Assembly (NCBI GenBank): GCA_016177405.1
Contig: JACOVG010000021.1
Location: forward strand, 14,434 to 78,433
Source of the DNA: Candidatus Omnitrophota bacterium
GTDB lineage: Bacteria > Omnitrophota > Gorgyraeia > 1-14-0-20-64-10
Direction of reading: 5' to 3'
DNA: 64,000 nucleotides
The notes under the pieces were generated by a model that was not told the origin of the DNA, searched no databases, and worked only from the letters and a program-made list of their open reading frames with translations. A program made the translations under genes and the position numbers. Of this stretch, positions 60,001 to 64,000 are shown in pieces. Positions within the stretch are counted from its first letter, which is position 1. Every line of letters starts with the position of its first letter.

Positions 60001-63000
60001 TTCTCGATCTCCGCCCAGATCTTATCCGGCTTCATCCCCTCCGCGTGCTGATCGAGTTTATGGACATGGAGAAGCACATTCCGTTCGAGTTCGGAGTTCC
60101 GGTCGGTCATCCGATCCCGGGAGATGGCAATGGAGCGGGCCGCCTGCAAGGCCTGCAGGCCGTGCGTCAACTCGTGCGGGACCAGGAAGGTGGCGTAGAG
60201 GGCCGCCAGACTCTTTTGCTGAAGCTGTCCTTTGGCATTCACCCACTGGACCGGGAGGTTGGCCAGACCCGACTTCTGAAGGGCATGGAGGATCTTGGAA
60301 TCCACGGTGATCACCAAGGTCCCGTCCGGATCCTGATGAATGGCCGCGGCGCCCACCTTCGCCTCGAGATCACCCACCGCTACCCGGATGAGCGGCTTCC
60401 GGGAAGTCCCCTGGGGAGCAAGAAGCTCCTCTGGATCAACCCCCTCCAGCCCGAAGGTTGCCAAGAGTTCCGGCCGGGTCCGAAGCAGGGCTTCAACGAC
60501 CGCCTGGGCGAGATTTCGGACCTCCTGGGTCGCCTCCTCGCCTTCTGGAATGGCCTGCTCTGCTTGAGAAAGTTGCTCAATCCCAAAGAGACTCTCCGCC
60601 ATGGTCGGCGCTCGGCCTGTGGTTTCCGCTGTGGTAACACGCTCATCCATTTTGTCAACCATGGTTCTAAGCAAGTCCGCGTAAGCCCGATTGCCGGAGC
60701 CAAGCTCATTGAGTTTCGCCGCGCGCTGATCCGCGCCCAAACGCCAGACGGCACCCGCGTCCCCGATGAGCCGCTGAAGCGGATTCTCCCCGGGCTGGAG
60801 GTTCAAACTGCTCAAGTCAACCCCCGTGGCTTGCGCGATAACCTTCTCCACGACCGGGGCCGCTATCCTCTCCGCGGCTTGGGCCTGGGGCGAGTTCGGC
60901 TCGGCCAGCGGCGCGCTTCCGGCAAGCTCGGCATCTCCAATAACCTGCTGCGCTTCGAGTAACTGTCTGACCTCTTTATCCATCCCCCAAATCTGGTTCT
61001 TCATCGCCGCCTGTCGGGCTTCCCGGACAGCCTCGCGCCGCTCGCCCCGGCTGCCGGCGGGATCGTGCGCCGCCTGACCCCTGGCCAGCGCCAGGGAAAG
61101 CTCACGCCCCTCTGGATCGGCAAGAAGCCCGGGATCCGCGGGGAGAAGCTGAAGGAAGAGCCCCTGCTGAATCGGGGTGAGGTTTACCTGTTCAAGCAAG
61201 CGGGCGCGAATGTCCTTGGCGTTGAACAGGACAGCGCCCGGGACAATCGCCGCCTCGAAGTCGTGGCTAAGGGCCGCGTCTGCCTTGCCACCTTTGGCTG
61301 CCTCCCCAGCCAGCATCTGATGGACCAACGACTTGCTCCACCCGGCCGGATCCTCAACGGTGGGGGAAACCTGCTTCACCAGCAGGGTCAAGAGCTGGAC
61401 AAGCTGGTCGGCATTGGCCTGGGGCGCCAACCGCTTGGCCTGCGCCACCAACTCTGAAGCCACTACTTTCAGCAGATGCGCCTTTCCGGCAATCGCCTTC
61501 TTAAGCTCTTCTTGTTGAGATTCAGTCAGCCCCTCTCCGGTCACACCCAGATTCCGCAGGCGGCTTTGGACCCATTCCACCAACGGTTGAGGAAGGCCTT
61601 TGTGCCAGGCGCTTGGATACGCGACGATGGACTGAACGATCTGGCCAGCCGCCTCCTGCGCGGTTTCTTTGTTCCTCATGGCCTCCGCGGCAGTCAGAAG
61701 CGCCTGGCCAGCACCCGGAGCCATGAGGCGCGGGAGTCTTTCCTTAAATTCACCCATCCATTTTTCGACCGCCTGGGGATCCTCCGGCTCTTTCTTGTCC
61801 TGGAAGGCGCGGGCTTTTTCCTCCGCCTTTTTCAGAACCTCCTTCACATTGCCATTCTGCTGGCGGTCCACCTCGTGCTGGAGGGTCTGGATGGCCGAGG
61901 CCAGCCGCTGGTTGGCCTTCAGCGGTGGCTCTTTTTTCTGTTTTTCTTCATCCACCTGGACAATCTGTTCCAGCGTACCCAAGGGTTTATCCAGGTAGTC
62001 GGCCAGCTCTTTTACGCCGGCGAGCTGGCCTGTCCCCTGGGCAGCCCAGATCAGATCCTTCCAAGCAGTCAGAAGATCGACGCCAGGCACGTTCGCCCAC
62101 CGGGCAAGCCTCGGTTCCACCAGGGCCAACAGCACTTCCGGATTCACCCCGTTGGCCCGGGCAAGCTCCTTTACCTTCTCGGGCGTCCAGATCTTCAGTT
62201 TTTGCTCGAGCTGTTCCTTCAGATGGGCTTCCTCGGTCTTCACCTGCCCGCTCTCAATCTCAAGGACGGCGCGATCCTGCGGGTTGGTCGTCTCCTTGGC
62301 CCGCTCGCCAAGCTCCTTGGCCGACGTCTCGACCCGTTCCAGATCCACGCCGATCTCGCCCAGCTCAAGGAAGTCACGCAGATCACCGCTTATCGCCGCG
62401 GAATTCTTCTCAACACCCTGGGCCGCCAATCCCTGAATGCCGGCCGGCTCGGTGAGAGCCCTGCCAATGGCCTCGGCCCCAAAGAGCGGGGCCTGCCCCT
62501 GATGAACCCCCTTGAAGAAATCAACCACCTGGGCCGCCTGCCGGTATCTCTCCGGATCGGCAAAGGAGCTGCTAAGCGGATTCAGGAAGTTCTTCAGCGC
62601 GAAGAGGAAGAGATCGCCTTCGGCGGCGGTATATCCCGCGTCGCTCGCCAGGGTCGTTATCCAGCCCTTGAGGGCGGAATCCTCTTCGTCCTGGTATTGA
62701 TGGTGAAGGGCCAGCACCATCCTGCCGGTGAGGGTCAACTGGCCGGCGGCTCCCACCATGTTGTTCGCCGTAAGGTAAGGCGCCAGCGCGGCGCTCTTCG
62801 GATCGGCCTTGGCCTGATCGATCGTGCGCGCGGTCCCGCTCAACCTGGCCTCCAGCGGTTTGGAAAGAGGCCCGGCGCGGCGGGAGGTGAGCCAATTGGC
62901 GGTGCGCCTGGCCCAGACCACCGCCTCGGCAACGGTGCCTATCTCCAGCGCCCCTCTCGTTTCCGTGCCGGCCTCAACGCTTCGAGCCAGGGAGTCGTAT

Positions 63001-64000
63001 CGGGTGAGATCATCGGTCATGAACAACTTGTCCACCTGTTTGGCAACCTCACCCGGCAGGAGGCTCTTCAAGCGGCCAATGGTGCCGTCCTTGCCGTCCT
63101 TCATCTTCCCCAGGAGGGACTCACGCCAGCCCTGATAGATCCCCTCGTAATTATCCAATCCTCGAAGGGTCTCTCCGGTGATCGCCTCCTCCCCATAAAG
63201 GGACTGATCGTTCAGGAACTGCCGGTATTGCGCCTCCACCACCTGGCGCGCGGCGGCGTTGCCCTTGACCTCCCTAAGCAGCGCCTTGAAGGCGTTGTTC
63301 GTCATCCGGCGCAGGACACGCTGTGAGAAGGTGTGGACCAGAGACTCGGAGTTCTCCTTCACCCGCCTGACTTCACCCAGGAGCTTGACCCGCTCGTTCA
63401 GGGTGAGCGGCTGGCTTGGATTCTTCCACTTCTTCAAGAGGTCCAGGTTGTCTTGAACATTCCGCTGGGCTGAAGGTAAGCCCCCTCCTTCCAGGCGGTT
63501 CTTCTCCAACGCGAAGATTCCATCGAGGTCCCCCGCCAGGGGCTGCTGTTCCTTGGGGCTTCCCAGGAACTCCGTCTCCAGCTTGGCCAGCTCCCTCCGG
63601 CCGTAGAAGAGGTGCGCCTCGCCGTTGGCGGTCTGGCCTTCCACGCGGTTCACCCTTCGGATCATCTGGGCCAAATCCAGAGAGGAGTACTCCTCCGCGT
63701 GGACCGCGATGAGATCGGTCCCGGCGGGGGCATCGGTCGGGTCAAAGGCCTGCTTGGCCCGGCGGTTGGTGATCAAGAGCTGCCGGCCTTGGCCCAGCTC
63801 CCTGCCGGCCTGAAGGAGCTTGCCGGCATCCGGGGTATCCAGGACCACATGGATCTTGTCAAACGCCCGAAGATCCTCCATCCCCTGAATCATCCCTTTC
63901 TGAACCTTGCCGCTTTCCGGCAGGATGATGATGAGAGACTTGTCTGGGTTCTTCGCCTTCCAGGCCCTGACAAAATTGATAACGTCCAGGGCGGCGTCGA
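54084..64000 (-). CDS. Giant multidomain protein (at least 3300 aa in the window; N-terminus beyond the window end), predominantly alpha-helical, with an SF2-helicase-C-like segment at the window edge
   Basis: The track gives 54084..63893 from an internal Met. The frame stays open to position 64000 with no stop (...DAALDVINFVRAWKAKNPDKSLIIILPESGKVQKGMIQGMEDLRAF...). Residues encoded near 63.6-64.0 kb resemble a helicase C-terminal domain (LIAVHAEEYSSLDLAQMIRRVNR, cf. motif VI QxxGRxxR). A single HExxH (FLVPHELTHGLQ) occurs near 60.1 kb. No TM segments were seen. Confidence 0.65.
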   Translation of the reverse strand, partial: DAALDVINFVRAWKAKNPDKSLIIILPESGKVQKGMIQGMEDLRAFDKIHVVLDTPDAGKLLQAGRELGQGRQLLITNRRAKQAFDPTDAPAGTDLIAVHAEEYSSLDLAQMIRRVNRVEGQTANGEAHLFYGRRELAKLETEFLGSPKEQQPLAGDLDGIFALEKNRLEGGGLPSAQRNVQDNLDLLKKWKNPSQPLTLNERVKLLGEVRRVKENSESLVHTFSQRVLRRMTNNAFKALLREVKGNAAARQVVEAQYRQFLNDQSLYGEEAITGETLRGLDNYEGIYQGWRESLLGKMKDGKDGTIGRLKSLLPGEVAKQVDKLFMTDDLTRYDSLARSVEAGTETRGALEIGTVAEAVVWARRTANWLTSRRAGPLSKPLEARLSGTARTIDQAKADPKSAALAPYLTANNMVGAAGQLTLTGRMVLALHHQYQDEEDSALKGWITTLASDAGYTAAEGDLFLFALKNFLNPLSSSFADPERYRQAAQVVDFFKGVHQGQAPLFGAEAIGRALTEPAGIQGLAAQGVEKNSAAISGDLRDFLELGEIGVDLERVETSAKELGERAKETTNPQDRAVLEIESGQVKTEEAHLKEQLEQKLKIWTPEKVKELARANGVNPEVLLALVEPRLARWANVPGVDLLTAWKDLIWAAQGTGQLAGVKELADYLDKPLGTLEQIVQVDEEKQKKEPPLKANQRLASAIQTLQHEVDRQQNGNVKEVLKKAEEKARAFQDKKEPEDPQAVEKWMGEFKERLPRLMAPGAGQALLTAAEAMRNKETAQEAAGQIVQSIVAYPSAWHKGLPQPLVEWVQSRLRNLGVTGEGLTESQQEELKKAIAGKAHLLKVVASELVAQAKRLAPQANADQLVQLLTLLVKQVSPTVEDPAGWSKSLVHQMLAGEAAKGGKADAALSHDFEAAIVPGAVLFNAKDIRARLLEQVNLTPIQQGLFLQLLPADPGLLADPEGRELSLALARGQAAHDPAGSRGERREAVREARQAAMKNQIWGMDKEVRQLLEAQQVIGDAELAGSAPLAEPNSPQAQAAERIAAPVVEKVIAQATGVDLSSLNLQPGENPLQRLIGDAGAVWRLGADQRAAKLNELGSGNRAYADLLRTMVDKMDERVTTAETTGRAPTMAESLFGIEQLSQAEQAIPEGEEATQEVRNLAQAVVEALLRTRPELLATFGLEGVDPEELLAPQGTSRKPLIRVAVGDLEAKVGAAAIHQDPDGTLVITVDSKILHALQKSGLANLPVQWVNAKGQLQQKSLAALYATFLVPHELTHGLQALQAARSIAISRDRMTDRNSELERNVLLHVHKLDQHAEGMKPDKIWAEIEKLEGELGGRIDPDNVQHLAKLSERLVLVRHARNEQQANWTIHRLFDKAEFHAAFGAFFFVAKVMPVEAFLGALDQETVVALVAQAIESNDEYHYLTPADRQEIDRFALAVSQARKDSWKGISYRPSAGEQGVQTNDRLKQAMSARKIEGNDARRLLALSPDARAKVEQQTGLPLDAFVAGAAVRASSNETLHLENEALGLTLTLAKDSSVLQVQGQAAPRGAEIRDGQETAVLQRARTIGDVLRRMMPAPPKKDAASGGSGDDDENKPADLKVDQAILPVARAIHLLAKEGAKPGAASLGSEALNLLAQTPKGEMVWLQRPPTAHLAKAGAEEAATQTVQETPETLAVKAAIRTMKGMLAQWTQDPGVDQESLLALNKVLDQMVQGKIPQAFVVVPAVEEAVKEALGSVEGKADAVLSENGKAKLQKSLMEAVRLAGLPKEAADALKLPDGNFRVTDLQPLLETLTGKFLQPQGLAVFVSEVSGSVTGGIVAPPRDAQAHPGNITIGLRLAEGGSFNSGPYAVLSDATARSRAERIAQPGFEAGYLDRLKAADPKRYDQYVKPLEKLLGALIPHLEKLRGWERPWARTHAQSTRDAEETRHRDRFAQAARALGQEAAKDTRSLWTSWIGRVARGVVAKNILGARPGRFETAQGLFEAEAGLARMAEGDSALRAIREDLENLMAGNTDEAYWVRVHHNLRAVDQAARDSGQDLLGGLQQAKTPEAAEALMQDLAGKALWSEFEPASAQDYRYAPAAERFGKVVDTLDTKDKDGNPVTVEFHLAAGGQKKADWEVLLAAGGLQNVAWEFARRQVPAYKEQVLQAAGGDLKKALALLKGQKMLEADAPETEQALDAGISRFALYNTVEGWKRIHEAADSVHLIAVDKATGQILASTIGHPAAPDEFVKSFTADELKGTYYLSFWGSEAQKRGIKGAGQTVRLAWLDQVQKLGAAQVAAHARKIGYDEQVKGEPQGEVGKPGPLMQNDWMKKLYGDSIPAGAVVHHAGQENKYGPNQHADEFILKLDSMSKLTEYQAKLAGAAAGLEEGAAAVMEPPAAGRAGVIERAVAEVLRPEKLPKILGMPVLPPGVVEGVAGAMRQPLTLAALNCGLEAALHYVELRQGLEIGSMVRSQPDQVEEMARTLTILLLLHAVEGERGGKSLLYRLAGMEKPAVRVPYALIAPLLKATHDYRLDLWQAPVPLSQSVDLVEQGGPFGTVPGAVYSRYADTGSDGQQTLYFLAEGMTGPAVAHLQTPAFGHAVTLMAVGEELRQRMARVHDRPARPLWVQGPAIFQFDDGKMVSAAGLAPLAPAPAVPAILPAPAAIGRSVLAAPQPGNVANVVKPKAYQVIRALLGVMERPPVVESTPPPRGLGDLSGKKRDRKGKPSRKAFMGELRQRFAYALTELKKVGEERRRGLVLRYFDEIVAELKEQRPDPYPSAQEMARVLMEAAAGPNGWLPAGDGYDSIANRLGDLVEAGASFSEAYVELFGVGAPRPQPTAVILEERGDPSWLNREMKKLAGVYLSGGVTEQSFREFLSSVQELSEQWYGWEDSLQQDGGVYRQDGQGKLVLYLKDGRRKRALDCAEINEHLRRILNGYGITAELYVGRTSAFTRDVFLKGKFQGRTFRATGVPSLNPLEMGEGASLQWAGLEERVNPETMRRLMAQRGWTGGPAVIHLSQLRPMGISRQRDGSHLLELAGLEEKGKHLVATRVTRRILPGGQGVQDISFDRISVPVQAMRLANGKSELSRALAALGKEAGRRELEEALKKAGATIESSGRSSAQTAELIHWMVSVPFDPRPISPSEESRTPDAVIAAHAGFIRWQAKLEILERNEIVVLPDLLLDRISEEALNALAVLPAGLASRVRLLGAGWESFDMARRNPALTVVPEMSSLAATLPAGAAVQVVGVGEDDPLVRELSRLLSRAVTARPVTGGLQDFLWMLGRALGVPEKTIRQELNRLTEALAAEPVIGRGV

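Noticed and set aside
60080-60120. HExxH (FLVPHELTHGLQ) in giant 4 as a zinc-metalloprotease active site
   Set aside because: It is a single short motif with no recognisable third ligand or Met-turn context. It is kept only as a low-weight note inside the giant 4 finding.
41191-63326. Many 60-770-aa plus-strand ORFs inside the giant genes (e.g. 43221..44999, 47313..48395, 49323..51116, 51195..53267, 56445..58751, 59724..60962, 61476..63326)
   Set aside because: All are antisense shadows of giants 3 and 4 with Arg/Gly/Pro/His-rich composition. The giants themselves show natural composition and recognisable motifs.
1-64000. Mobile element, prophage or CRISPR content
   Set aside because: No transposase, integrase, recombinase, phage structural gene, or repeat-spacer array was recognised. 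The only repeats are the leader cassette, the heptamer tracts and the 21-bp array.

Overview
High-GC (~65%) bacterial chromosomal segment; almost every real gene lies on the minus strand, and most long plus-strand ORFs in the track are antisense shadows of those genes. No rRNA, tRNA, CRISPR array, transposase or integrase was recognised by eye.

Region 1-8.6 kb is a carbohydrate-utilisation locus:
- a GH94-type glycoside phosphorylase N-terminus
- a ROK-family regulator
- a TIM-barrel hydrolase-like gene
- an SSS sodium:solute symporter
- a MalG-type ABC permease carrying an inserted CBM-like periplasmic domain
- a fused solute-binding-protein/MalF-type permease

Region 8.6-13.9 kb is the only plus-strand cluster: a HAD-IB (MtnX-like) phosphatase, two paralogous secreted proteins, a two-domain chaperone-like beta-sandwich protein, and a 668-aa candidate outer-membrane barrel.

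Region 13.9-64 kb is dominated by four tandem, co-directional giant genes (2687, 2165, 4338 and at least 3269 aa; about 37 kb of coding sequence). Giants 1 and 2 start with signal peptides. They carry a mosaic of sugar-phosphate and nucleotide-sugar enzyme-like domains: DUF89 phosphatase, GalT/HIT-like, ROK/ASKHA kinase-like, Pol-beta nucleotidyltransferase motif, and paralogous phosphodiester-glycosidase-like domains. Giant 3 is polytopic membrane protein with a long coiled coil. Giant 4 runs off the window edge into an SF2-helicase-like segment. Between giants 1 and 2 lie nagB, a DUF4954-like beta-helix gene, a TMTC-like TPR membrane protein, a secreted 'DGKPD' calcium-binding repeat protein, a HAMP protein, a tandem-PDZ protein, and a block of five secreted paralogs that reuse one CBM-like module together with a TIM-barrel GH-like domain.

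Two unusual nucleotide-level signals were found:
- A conserved ~45-60 nt structured cassette encodes the shared 'RLLR...LAMT-FLFL' signal-peptide leader of at least ten genes. Its flanks are conserved and its hairpin core covaries. Two copies are inverted, one of them in-frame in the middle of a CDS.
- Three heptanucleotide tandem-repeat tracts sit in the signal-peptide codons of two adjacent paralogs.
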